Assembly (NCBI GenBank): GCA_977017645.1
Contig: OZ360242.1
Location: 18,166,001-18,230,000 of the forward strand
From: Torpedo marmorata
Taxonomy: Eukaryota
Length of the DNA: 64,000 nucleotides
Direction of reading: 5' to 3'
Under the pieces are notes generated by a model. It worked only from the letters and a program-made list of their open reading frames with translations. It searched no databases and had not been told where the DNA came from. The position numbers and the translations under genes were made by a program. How positions within the stretch are numbered: position 1 is the stretch's first letter; the number at the start of each line of letters is the position of its first letter. Positions 1-12,002 of the stretch are shown piece by piece.

Positions 1-60
1 CGCAGGACATGCCCATACTACACCCTAGCACACAATATACCTAAACAGTGGTTTACCACA
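1..60 (-). mobile_element. Start (5' terminus) of a further Gypsy LTR, nested in the end of element 1's 3' LTR; continues beyond the left edge of the window
   Basis: Reverse complement begins TGTGGTAAACCACT, the same 14 nt that start the LTRs at 12008 and 16361. It replaces the terminal TGTAGC of element 1's LTR. Confidence 0.7.
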
Positions 61-349
61 GTGATCAATGACCACTCACAGACACAAAGAAAGTGATCAA
101 AGGCTTTATTAATCTGAAAGTCCAAGCATGCCTCTACATGCTGCTGGCTCACGTCCAAGGCAGGTATAAGGGGAGGAGACTAGGGCTCTCAGCCTTTACT
201 AGGGGATGTAATGGGGAGGGGCTACAGGTTAGCCCAGTGAGCCAGTGAGGACATGCCCGGACATGCCCGCAGTACCGCGTTCCACCACATTCACCCCTCC
301 TTTTTTTAATGAAGTCCGGCGGGGTGAAGTGGGGCAATGTCCATACATT

Positions 350-1445
350 TCATAGGTTCAGCCACTCCGGCAGTTTTATTTGGTGCTGAGATCTCCGAAG
401 TACTACTGGCTGTATCTTTGGATCTAGCTGAGCGGTGTCGTGTTCGACCTGCTGGCTGTTGGAGGGCTGAACTGTTTCAGTGTGTGCCGGGTCCGTAGGG
501 GGTTGGTGAATTTGTTTGTAAGAGTGGGGGGAACACACAAGTAGGGGGGGGGACACTCGGGGGGCCGTCTTGGGGTTGGGATCCCTACTTCATTTGTCAG
601 GGTGATCACTGGGGCCGACTGGTCACCTCCTGTGCCGGGTCCCCTGCTCACACCCGGTCCCGAATGGACACTGTATCGTCCCGTCCGTCCGGGTACCTTA
701 CCAGCGCATACTGGGGCTTCGCATGCAAGAGATGCACTTCCTCAACCAGTGGGTCCGCCTTATGTGCCATAACGTACTTCCGGAGAAACACCGGCCCTGG
801 GGTCGTCAGCCAGACCGGCAGCGTGGTTCCTGACGCCGACCTCCTAGGGAAGGATAACAATTTTTCATGGGGTGTAGCATTCGTGGCCGTGCAGAGTAGG
901 GACCTGGTGGCATGCAGCGCTTCTGGGAGGACCTCTTGCCACTGGGATACGGGCATCCCTTTCGACTTGAGGGCCAAAAGGACTGCCCTCCAGATTGTAC
1001 CATTCTCCCTTTCCACCTGCCCGTTCCCGCGGGGGTTGTAGCTGGTGGTTCTGTACGTAGCTATGCCCCTTGAAAGGAAGTATTGCCGCAACTCCTCACT
1101 CATGAAGGCAGATCCCCGGTCACTATGAACGTAACTGGGGTATCCGAACAGAGTGAATACTGTGCGGAGTGCTTTAATGACCGTGGATGTGGTCATATCC
1201 GGGCAGGTGATGGCGAATGGGAAACGTGAGTACTCATCCACGATGTTCAGGAAGTAGGAGTTCCGATTCGTGGACGGGAGGTGCCTCTTGAAGTCCATGC
1301 TGAGACGTTCGAAGGGGCGAGTGGCTTTGATTAGTTGGGCTCTCTTCGGTCTGTAAAATTGAGGCTTGCATTCTGCACAGACCAGGCAATTGCGAGTCAG
1401 CTCCCTTACTTCCTCCACTGAGTAGGGGAGGTTACGGGCCCTCAC
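350..1445 (-). pseudogene. Integrase of element 1 (DDE core, interrupted C-terminus)
   Basis: CLVC zinc half-site, SDRGSAF, YNPRGNGQVER, and an LRRS..LNL terminus like that of element 2. Confidence 0.9.
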
Positions 1446-1502
1446 AAAATGGTAGAGCCTAGTGACCCCGGGATGGCAGAGGCTATCGTGGAGGGCCTGG
1501 AG

Positions 1503-3281
1503 TCAATCAACTTGCACCCTGGAGCAGGTTCCGCTGGACAGGGCATCGGGTGGCTCATTGAGCTTACCCGGCCGGTACCATATTTCATAATTGTAGGTGG
1601 ACAGCTCAATTCTCCACCTCATGATTTTGTCATTTTTGATTTTACCCCACTGTTTATTGTTAAACATAAAAGCGACGGCTCTCTGGTCCGTCAGCAGGGT
1701 GAATGGTCTGCCGGCCAAGTAGTGCCTCCAGTGACGCACTGCCTCCACGATAGCTTGTGCTTCCTTTTCGATGGCGGAGTGCCTGCATTCGGGGCCTTGG
1801 GGAGGGCGGGAAAAAAATGCCACTGGCCTGCCTGCTTGGTTCATTGTGGCGGCCAGTGTGAAATCGGAGGCAGCACTTTCCACTTGGAAGGAGACGGATT
1901 CATCAATGGCATGCATTTCCGCCTTGGCAATCTCGCCTCTGATGCCCTCGAAGGCCTTACGGGCCTCCGCCGACGGGGGAAAAGTAGTGGTTTTCACTAG
2001 AGGTTGGGCCTTGTCTGCATAGTTAGGGATCCACTGGGCATAATAGGAGAAGAGCCCCAGGCACCTTTTTAAAGCCTTGGGGTTGTGTGGCTGAGGTAAT
2101 TCCAGTAGGGGGTGCATACGCTCTGGGTCGGGGGCGATAGCCCAATGCTTCATCACGTACCCCAGGATTGCCAGCCTCTTGGTACTAAAGACACACTTTT
2201 TCTCATTGTATATGAGATTGAGTGCCTTTGCGGTGGCCAGGAACCTCTGCAGGTTCTCGTCATGTTCCTTCTGGTCATGGCCGCAGATGGTGACATTGTC
2301 CAGGTATGGATACGTCGCCTTCAGCTTATTGTCATCCACCATGCGGTCCATTTCCCTTTGGAACACTGACACCCCATTCGTGAGGCTGAATGGGACCCGC
2401 AGGAAATGGTAGAGTCGGCCGTTGGCCTCAAATGCCGTGTACAGCCGGTCTTTTAGGCGAATTGGGATTTGGTGGTACGCCGCTTTTAGGTCCATGGTAG
2501 AGAAGACCCTATACTTGGCGATCTCATTCACCATATCCGATATGCAGGGCAAAGGGTAGGCGTCCAGTAAGGTGAACCGGTTGATGGTCTGACTGTAATC
2601 AATGACCATCCGATGTTTCTCCCCACTCTTCACCACCACTACTTGCGCCCTCCAGGGACTATTACTTGGTTCTATAATGCCCTCCTCCCGCAGCCGCTCC
2701 ACCTCCGTTTTAATGAATTTTCTATCCCCGGGGTTGTATCGCCTGTTCTTAGTGGCAATCAGTTCACAGTCTGGGGTGAGGTTTTGGAACAGCGGAGGCA
2801 GAGGGACCCGAAGGGTGATTAGTCCGCAGGTCGGGTGCCCGGCCCGGCTTTCAATCGTGTGATTGGGCCTCCTCTGGGGAATGGGCGGGGCCTCCCGGTA
2901 CTGGTTATTACTGACGGTGAGTGGGGGGTGGGGCCTGTCAAAATGCATCAGCACCCTTTTAAACTGGCACTGGAAATCTAGCTCCAATATGACGGGTGCG
3001 CAGATGTGGGGCATTACCAGCAGTTTAAAGTTCTTATACTTCGTGCCCCCCACGGTTAGGGTCACGGTGCAGCTTCCGCGGATTTCCGCAGAGAGGGATT
3101 TGGAGGCTAGTGCTACCTTTCCTTTGGCTGGGGACACAGTCAGGGAATAGCGCTCGGCCGTGCCCAGGTGTATGAAGCTCTCAGTGCTTCCCGTGTCGAT
3201 CAGGCAGCCAGTGGAGTGACCGTTTACCTCAACGTCCATCATCGACCGCCCCAGCTGGTGTGGTCTACCTTGGTCCAGCAC
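1503..3281 (-). pseudogene. Protease-RT-RNase H of element 1 (catalytic YLDD mutated to YLDN; premature stop before the integrase)
   Basis: LIDTGS protease motif, SPWRAQVVVV, DLKAAYHQI, YLDN, EKEAQAIV, LLTDQR. Confidence 0.92.
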
Positions 3282-3326
3282 GATGGACGCCAGCGTCAGC
3301 TCACTGTCCGAGTCGCTGTTGCTATG

Positions 3327-4289
3327 TCAGAATGACTGCCGCCAAGATGGCCACCCGGGAGATCGTGAAGATGGCCGCCCCCATGGATCGCATGCGGTCG
3401 AGTCCGGAGAAGAAGCAGGAAGTGACGTCAGTCCTTTTTGCTGCGCCCCTGGTCCGGAAGTTCGGTTCTCGGCACCCGGAAATGACGGCAGAAGTGGGTG
3501 GGCCCAAGATGGCGACGCAGGTCGTGGTCCGCACGCGGCACTGCTGGAGTGGGGCTTGGAGCGACATCCCCTGGCATAGTGTCCTTTCCTCTGGCAGTTT
3601 GAGCAGGTCGCGATACAGGCCGGACAGTACTTCCGCAGGTGCTTACTTTGGCCGCAGTAGTTGCACCTCGCGTGGTCGGCGGTGGCAGCTGCAGTCAGGG
3701 GCCCCGAATCCCAAGATAGCATCGCCCATTCTCCCCACCTGGTGGCCGCGTGGCCCGCTGAGTAGACCTCCGCATTCTTTTGGGCCGTCTCCATCGCTCA
3801 GGCCATTTGAACCACTTCCTGTAGGGACCGATCTCCTTTCTCTAGGAGTCGTTCCCTTATGTGCTGGGAGCGGAAGCCCATGACTAGCCCGTCATGGATG
3901 AGCTCCTCCTGGTAGAGCGCCGCATTCACGTCCCGGCACCCGCAGGCAAGTCCCAGCTCCCGCATGGCCCTCACGAAGTTGTCGACTGACTCACTGGGGC
4001 CCTGGCGTCGGGAGCCCAGCTGGAAGCGCGCGTACATGGCGTTGGTCGGGGCTCCACATTGCTGTCGGAGTAGGGCCATTGCCCCTTCATATTCAGTACA
4101 GTCTCGAATTATTTGGTACGCTCGGTGGCCCACCGCTGCGAAGAGCAGATCGTACTTATCAGGATCGGTTGTGATGTTGTGGCGTCTCAGGTAGGCCTTC
4201 AAGCAGTGAAGCCACATATCGAACTTTACGGAGGCCTCTGGTTCCTTCGGATCGATCTCCAGCTTCTCCAGTCTGATTGCCTTCTCCAT
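3327..4289 (-). pseudogene. Gag of element 1 with two zinc knuckles; in-frame stop at 3798-3800 plus a frameshift
   Basis: ORFs 3798-4289 and 3327-3794. CNYCGQSKHLRKYCPA..CSNCQRKGHYARGC motif. Aligns with the gag of element 2. Confidence 0.9.
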
Positions 4290-5964
4290 GGCACTTTAAA
4301 ATTCAGGTTAATAAATTGTAGCGCGATCAATGACCACTCACAGACACGAAGAAAGTGATCAAAGGCTTTATTAATCTGAAAGTCCAAGCAAGCCTCAACA
4401 TGCTGCTGGCTCACATCCAAAGCAGGTATAAGGGGAGGAGACTACGGCTCTCAGCCTTTATTAGGGGATGTAATGGGGAGGGGCTACAGGTTAGCCCAGT
4501 GAGGACATGCCCGCAGTACCGCGTTCCACCACACACCCAAAACCAGAAAGTGACTTTATAAGCAAATCTTTGGAAGTTAATCAATCCCAAATACCTTTGC
4601 AACTGCTTTGGATATCTATTTGCCAATGAGTCAGAAGAAACTGAAAAATTCAAGAATTTTGAGCAAACAAAGAGAAGTGAAAGGGACTCAATGTGTCAGG
4701 TAGCATCCAGAGGTCGAGATGGACAGTCAACATATTTGTCAATACTAGATCAGCAGTTCAAACCATGGGCATGAACAGCAATTTAAAGGGGTGGTCAGCA
4801 TAGCCAGGTTCACTTGCATGTTTAAGTTGCTGATTTGGCAGGATTTAGGTGCCAGAACAAACAGCAATAATTTGTGAAGCTGATTTGATGGCAGGAAAAT
4901 GGTTTTATCCAGTGGCTCCCAGCAAACTTCTGCTAGATTGCAGTTGGGTTTGGTGCTCACACAGTCTCTGCGGCTTTCAGCAGAGGACGGAGGGGATCCA
5001 AGAAGTTGCACAGGGAAGGCAATTCACAGCAAGACTTACCGCTGACTAGTGAACAGACCACCTGCTCTTGCCAATAATTTACTGACAAACAGTGTGTAAG
5101 GAGGCTGTTCTTGGCCATAAGAGAGCAATATCTCCTGCAGCAGGAATAACCACAAGGCCAGATATATGTTTAACAATGGCTCTCAAAGGTACTGTGATGT
5201 TGAACATTTGTGTTGCACGCTCATTCTACACAATGGCAGGCTCTGTCTCCACAGTCAGCCTAGGATTAGTTACCAGAGCCTGCTCCACTCTTAAAATATT
5301 ACAGCAATCTCTACAATACAGAAAGTATTTTACAGACTGTAAAGCACTTTCGAACAAACTGAGGCTTTAAAAAGATGCAATGTAAATACAACTCTTTCTT
5401 CTCCATCCCACAAACTCTGTAAAGCAGCAAGTCAGGCCCTGGGCTTTTATTGGATTGCAGGTTTCCCTTAAGTGCAGGACACAATTGAATTTGTTGGTGG
5501 TCTATTGCAAGAGCCTGGCAGGTATCTAATGAGGGAGTTTACTCACTGGAGTAAACTTCCTTTTTATGTGATAGTTGTAAGACACTCAAAAAAGTACAAC
5601 AATTTGCTTGTGGATCAGTGCCCGCTGATGGCCAAGGAATAACTGCATGGAACACAGGAGTCATGTTCACAAAGGTAGACAGTCATATGAAAGATACTGA
5701 AGGAGGATGGCGATAGATAAAGTAACAGACACAAATTATGTTTTCTGTAACTTCAGGTTAAGACTGGAAAGTCTTAAACAAGGAGATGTAGAGAAGTAAA
5801 AGCATAGATTTAAAAAATGAGGAGGGTGATCATGGGTGGTTGGAAAAGAGTGCAAGCAGTGGACAGTAGCAACCTAATGATTTTAATATAAAATGAGCAG
5901 ACCTGGAGAAACATAAATTTGTTTTACTTCCACTCCGCTTCAAGTTTTACATTTAATTTTTTTT

Positions 5965-6173
5965 AAATTTAGACATACAGCTCGGTAATAGGCCTTTCGG
6001 CCCACAAGGCCTGTGCCACCCAATTACACCCAATTGACCTACACCTCCGGTACGTTTTGAAGGGTGGGAGGAAACTGGAGCACCTGGAGGAAACCCATGC
6101 AGACACGGAAAGAACGTTCAAACTCCTTATAGACAGAGCAGGATTTGAACCCAGGTCACTGGCGTTGTAACAG
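5965..6173 (-). mobile_element. tRNA-derived V-SINE/HE1-like SINE (slightly 5'-truncated)
   Basis: Similar to four other copies. V-domain-like GTTCT..CCGTGTCTGCATGGGTTTCCTCCAGGTGCTCC and a CR1-like tail. Confidence 0.8.
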
Positions 6174-7550
6174 GTTCAGAGAAACGAGACCAGAAGTCCC
6201 CATTTCTGTAGATCATGTCCTCTACTGCTATTTCCATTTACCTCCTCGGCTATTTATGCAGGGCTTTTTTTTATTAAGAATTTTGTAACTTTTTACAACA
6301 AACAAAGAATTAGAAAAATGTAGACCAACTCTGTTCACAATGGTAGAGCAGATTTACAGATCCATCAATAAAATTATACAGCTCCCAGCTGCATCTGTAG
6401 AGAGGGGTAGGAGGAGTCTTACAGCAAAAAAGGAAGGAAGTTTAAATCAATAAAACTTTAAACTTTTAACTGCCCACTAAATAAAAGGAGTATAACATTT
6501 CAGCAATACAACATTGAATAATTGATTAAAGGTTTGAGCCTGGAAGTCTCAGGCCTTATCTGTTCATTAAAAAATAATATCTCGCTGAGTAACAGATCAT
6601 GTATAACAGAACACTGAGAACATTCCTGCACAAAAAGGTAGGTCGAGAATAAACAGTCAGAACTGAAACCCAGTCTCTTCACTCCCTTGATTCAGACATG
6701 TTACAGTAATGCTGGGACATTCACTTTAATTGTTGTTCAATGAATGGATGTGATGGATTGAAGCTTAAACCTACATTGTTTGGAGATACAGTGTTGCAGA
6801 ATTCCCACAGAGGTACCTTACAAAGGGAGACACAGAATTTTCCCTGGGGATGAACATCTAATATGGGAGGTACAGTAGTAAAACCTCTTCACAGAATAGC
6901 AAGAATGGAAATCTTTCCAGCTTACCCATTATCAGATGACAAGTGAGACTGTGTAGGCCCAGGCTGATTTGTTTTCTACCCACATAGGCCCCTCAATTAT
7001 ACAGCACATAAAGATAAGCTGAATACAATTATCAGGGAAGTCGGTGAGTGTTTTATTGTCAGGCTTTGATATTTAAAGTTTGGAACATAATCCTGAAAAC
7101 TGTACTTCATACTATATCAAACTCTGGCATGCCGCAACATTGCAACCGCAGTACCAGGAACAGTATGAAGCAGCTCAAGGGATTATAAGCAATGGTCAAT
7201 TCAACATCAGAACATAAAGGATAAAATAGTCAATGAGAAATTGATTTTATACCAGAGTAGATATTGAGAAGTCCATTTCACAGGTACGTTTAATATTGAC
7301 TGAAGACTTAGGCCAACTTAATTGTAAAATTTTGCAAAAGTAAATTGAGGGAGGGAAGAATCAATGGTGTTATTTATAAGGCAAAAGAAGGTGGAATTGC
7401 AGAACAGTTCACTGTACCCTCTTCAGGTACAGGAGAAGAATTACCACAATCATTTTAGTTAGAAACATTCTTAAAAAGAGAATGAGCAAGTAAAAGATAA
7501 TGCTTTTGTTTTGGTTCTCTCACTGATTTGGTACCCACTTCTGTCAGTCA

Positions 7551-7787
7551 GAGGTAAGTTTTCTTACACAGAGTGGTGGGTGCCTGGAATGCATTGCCAG
7601 GGGTGGTGGTGGAGTCTGGTACAACAGGGACATTTAAAGGACTCTTAGATAGACACATGGATGCAAGAAAAATAGAGGGCTTCGGTGTGAGATAGGAAAG
7701 AACTAGATTGTTGTGGGGAGGTTTATTTAGGTCAGCACAACATCGTGGGCCGAAAACCCTGTACTGTGCTGCAATGTTCTCTGTTCT
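7551..7787 (+). mobile_element. CR1/HER1-like LINE 3' end
   Basis: Matches the 3' part of the copy at 11282-11810 (RVVGAWNALP-like codons, GGGCCGAA..CCTGT tail). Confidence 0.8.
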
Positions 7788-8394
7788 GTGATTCATTGCT
7801 AGGCTACAACAACATGGACACCCTCTATCATCTTTCCAAGCAGCCATGTGTGAATCTGAGTAGGGAGTATGAATGGGTACCATCTCAGCTGAGGCCAGTG
7901 AGAAATCCGTGCTTGTTAGCTTTTAGCAGGGGCTGCATTGACCAACCCACTGACTGAAACAGATCCTTCAGCCCACTGTGTCGAAAAAGGCCATCAACCA
8001 GCCATTTAAATTAGCCCTATCTATTTTATTCTTCACACGTTCTCATCATCTCCCTTTTCTAACCTCATATTTCTATTTATTGCAGTTAATTGGTGCCCCT
8101 ATCACCGAACTAATGAATAAATGATTGACAGAAAACAGCCACCAAGCAATCAGGAGAAAAGAAACAGTAACTTTCAATTCCTCACTTTTTTTTGCTACAT
8201 CACTTCTTAGAGGAACTGGTAGAGTGCTCCTTCCATGAAATTCTATCTTGTCAGTGTTGATAAGTTTTACTTCAACAGCCAAGAGCAGCTTAATCTAAAA
8301 TAGATTAATTCTGAGTATCTTATTGGATCTGAGGTTCAATGTAATGAACCAAATGTTACTAAACGTATAAAAATTGTGTCTGTTGGTTTGTACT

Positions 8395-8548
8395 CCTCCC
8401 CCAGCCTTCCTTTTAATTCAGGCACCTGGCTGCTTTTTACTCACACCTTGAAGAAGGGCTCAGGCCCGAAACGTCGGTTATATTTCTTTATCTCCTATGG
8501 ATGCTGCGAGACCGGCTGAGTTCCTCCAGCATTTCTATGATTTTACTA
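8395..8548 (+). mobile_element. Short Penelope-like terminal-repeat derivative with a hammerhead-ribozyme-like core
   Basis: TTGAAGA-A-GGGC-TCAG-GCCC-GAAACGTC. Related copies at about 17945, 20383, 43711 and 53485. Confidence 0.55.
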
Positions 8549-9007
8549 AAAATTTCAACCAGTTGAGTCATCAGTGTTTTGGAGTCCCAATAGCAGCACA
8601 GTTATGTAAAGACTTGAACAAACATTGCATCATCATCAGCTCTCTAGAGGCAGCAAGCAGAGATTAGATGATTCGGTTTTTTTTCTCCCCTCCTGTGATG
8701 TAGCATCCTCTCCCAGAATGATATACCATCTGCCAATCCCACTAAGAACAAAGTATACTCTAAACAGTGGCAGGTAACTTTGAATGATGACAGCTTGATA
8801 ACTGTGGGAATTGAAATCCTTCAAGGAGAAGTCTGGTGAGTTCACTCACTGAGCATAACATTGCTGTCTCTTTCATCAATCTGAATTCCAAAGTATTTTT
8901 TAACAACTGTGACCACATCAAGGAACAATGTAGACTCTCAATCAACCAACAAGACTTAAGGAACTTCAGCACATGCAGACCTTTTAACATCATATGACAC
9001 AGCAAAA

Positions 9008-9320
9008 AGAAAGACTTGCATTTTATGGTGTCTTTTATGACTTCAAAATATCCCAATGTTCTTTACAGCCTTTTGAACTACAGCCACTGTTGGAATATAG
9101 AGAAGCTGACATTCAACCTACATACAGCAAGGTCTCATAAACAAGCAAGCAGCCTGTATCTGTAACGGTTGAGTGTCCAAACTTGATGTATCATCAGACA
9201 GAACTCTTCCACTCTTCCAAAGAATTGTTCGATGTAACGTTTTGCATCTGCTTCAGTTTTGCATCTTTTTAAAACCTCAGTTTAATACCCGACCGGAGTG
9301 TCAGTCTAGATAAAGTTCTC
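9008..9320 (-). mobile_element. Ancient DeuSINE-like (SacSINE/AmnSINE-type) relic
   Basis: Recalled similarity to the Deu domain and tail (ACTTGCATTT..CCCAA..CTTTACAGCC..CACTGTTG..ACAGCAAG). Related relics at 18855, 45860 and 51240. Confidence 0.5.
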
Positions 9321-9335
9321 TAGATATGAGGTAAT

Positions 9336-10187
9336 CAGTGCCGGATTAAGGTATTGCGGGGCCTGTAGCATTTATTTTAAAGGGGCCCTAAATAGTGCCG
9401 GCTGGCGCATGCGCGGTGAGGGGGAAGTGTGACTGCGGCGCCCCCAACCCCCCCCCCCCCCACCCCCCAAGAGAGTTTCTGACGTTGACCCTGCATGTCC
9501 GTTTTGGTAAGTTTGAAATAGTCTTAATTATTCTTAACAAAATGATGCTCGCTTTCTCAGATCACTATATATTCAGTGATTACCAGTGGCGTATCTAGGG
9601 AACATAGCGCCTATGGCAAGCACTGAAATTGCGCCCCCCCCACCCTGTTAAAACTTACTTACACATTTTGCACTTACACTGAAATTACACTTACACTGAA
9701 ATTACACTTACACTGAAATTGCACCTCCCCTCCCCTCCCCTCCCCTCCCCTGTTAAAACTTACTTACACATTTTGTTAAAACAAAACTTACTTACGGCGG
9801 CGGTGGCTGGCTCAATGCGGGATCAATGACCGTCTTCGTTACCCATAATCCCCCACGCAGCTGGAACCGCTCTGCATTTCCCTGGCGCTGGCACTGGCAG
9901 AGCGGTTCCAGCTGTGTGGGGGATTATGGGTAATAAAGATGGCCATTGCTCCCGCATTGCGCCGTCGCCGCGAGCTGTCGGGGCGGCCCCGAAGTGGCCC
10001 GATCAGATGCCAGAGCGGCGCTCCTATTATCACCTTTAATCGGGGTTATTAACATAGACTACCAGTGTGGTATCTCATAGCCGCTGCACAAAGATGAAAA
10101 TGAAAATATTTAAATTCATAGTTCATAGTACATAAACGCGGGGGCCCTTTTAAATGCTACTTTCGCTACTACATTAATCCGGCCCTG
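9336..10187. mobile_element. Non-autonomous hAT-type DNA transposon (852 bp)
   Basis: TIRs CAGTGCCGGATTAA / TTAATCCGGCCCTG. Perfect 8-bp TSD GAGGTAAT at 9328-9335 and 10188-10195. Confidence 0.88.
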
Positions 10188-11281
10188 GAGGTAATGCAAT
10201 AATGTCTGAGGTAGGCTGGTGAAGCCATGTACTCTCACAATATTTGCAAAGTATGGAGACAAGAACGTGAATTACCAAATCATGGAATGCTACGGACAAA
10301 GCGTTTATACATGGGATTAATATCGATGCATATTTGATGGTCAGAATGGACATGGTGAGCTGAAGGGTCTGACTTCCATGAGAATCTCTCAAATGTGCTC
10401 CTCAGAGAGTTCATTAAGCCGTACAAGAGCACGTCTTCAACAATATCTATATATGCACGCACCTGTTCCTGATGGTCCACTGGTCTGAATCCCCACCTTA
10501 GATAAGTAAAGTAAGCCATTTTCCAAAGGGTTGTTCCTATGTCCATCACCCTCTCCAGACTAACTCGAGACCTGCAAATGAATGCTGGTACTTTGCGCAA
10601 ACACCAGCAGCTGTCTCTGGACAAAGAAAGTGACCCAGATCTCACTGTCTGGGAATAGTTCCCGCCATCACCTGATTAAAATCTACTGCATGGACACATT
10701 TAGTTATTCTTACTGCTCAGCAATGCACATGGTGCACTCTGTCCTGGGCATGTTCTCTGCAACAGCTCAATGAAAGCTTCTCTATTGCTTTTTCAAATTA
10801 AGCAAACAATAGAGAATGGAGAAGTGAGTCCACTGACATTTGATTGAGGTATTGTTCACATCATAAACTGTGTCTGAACTCAGATTAAATTACAACCTTG
10901 AATTTACTCCACACCACTTTTTTTAAACATGCGTATGACCAGCGTAGTTTTGTTCCCATTCTTTATTTAGATATTTTGGACAGCTTCATTCTAACTATGC
11001 ATGATACAATTTGCAAAACATTTTAAACATCTTGTGTCAATGACAGTGGTTTTTGGTGAGTTTCGTGCACTGTGGTTTAACAGAGCTGAAGAACATCAGT
11101 ATATCATTATAAAGCAATACAACTTGAAGCCTTTTCATTTAACTTTTCCGCTTTTGGCAGTATTTTAAAAAGTGAATGGTGGTAGTTCTGTAGATATTAT
11201 GTAATATGTGACCACAACTAAAGAGGCCATTCTAGGAACACATTTCTTTTCTCGTATGCTCCAATTAGTTGAAATTTATTG

Positions 11282-11810
11282 AGACCACACTTACAGTAAT
11301 GCATTCAGTTCTGGTTGCCTCATTATAGGAAGGATGTGGAAGCCATGGAGAGGGTGCAGAGGAGATTTACCAGGATGTTGCCTGGATTAGAAAATATGTC
11401 CTTTGAGGCAAGGTTAGCAGAGCTAGCACTATTCTCTTTGGAGCGAAGAAGAATGAGAGGTGACTTAATAGATGTCTACAAGATTCTGAGAGACAGCCAG
11501 CATCTTTTTCCAAGGGCAGGAGTAGCAAACACCAGAGGACATCTGTACAAAGTGAAGGGAGGGAAGTTTAGGGGAGACATCACGGGTAATTTTTTTTAAC
11601 ACAGAGAGTTGTGGGTGCTTGGAATGCCTTGCCAGGGGTGGTGGTGGAGGTGAAAAATTAGGGGCATTTAAGAGACTCTTAGACAGGCACATGGATGAAA
11701 AAAATTAGAGGGATACGTGATAGGAAGGGTTTAGTTTTTGGTAGGAATATATAGGTCGGCACAACATTGAGGGCTGAAGGGCCTGTGCTGCGCTGTTGTA
11801 TGTTCTATGT
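11282..11810 (+). mobile_element. CR1/HER1-like LINE, 5'-truncated
   Basis: PHYRKDVEAMERVQRRFTRMLPGL...LFSLERRRMRGDLI is the CR1 ORF2 C-terminus. GTTCTAT-type tail. Confidence 0.9.
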
Positions 11811-11845
11811 TATTCATGTTTTGCCCTGTGAACTATTGCTGACTA

Positions 11846-12002
11846 GTCAAGCCTTTTTCTCCATTCCAAATTGCTGGTGGTGAGCAGACTTCTCGAACCA
11901 CTGGAGTTGTTCTGGTAAAGGAGCTCCCACAGTGTTGCTGGAGAGGGAGCTCACATGGATTGCTTCATTTACTGAGGAGTTGCAAATAGAATTGAACATT
12001 GT
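11846..12002 (-). mobile_element. 3' part of an old non-LTR retrotransposon interrupted by element 2
   Basis: NTVGAPLPEQLQWFEKSAHH resembles a LINE ORF2 end. Continues on the other side of element 2. Confidence 0.5.

Larger units (their letters stand above)
61..4533 (-). mobile_element. Ty3/Gypsy (Mag-like) LTR retrotransposon 'element 1', full length but inactivated
   Basis: Direct-repeat LTRs at 61-289 and 4317-4533 (TG...CA on the minus strand). Polypurine tract at about 290-308. Domain order gag-PR-RT-RH-IN. Confidence 0.95.

Noticed and set aside
3260-3883. Antisense ORFs with repeated KMA motifs (also 13101-13412) as real proteins
   Set aside because: KMA is simply the translation of the AAGATGGC motif. 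The ORFs are not otherwise conserved between the two elements.
9660-9795. CRISPR-like spaced repeats
   Set aside because: Simple tandem units inside a eukaryotic MITE, with no unique spacers and no cas genes.
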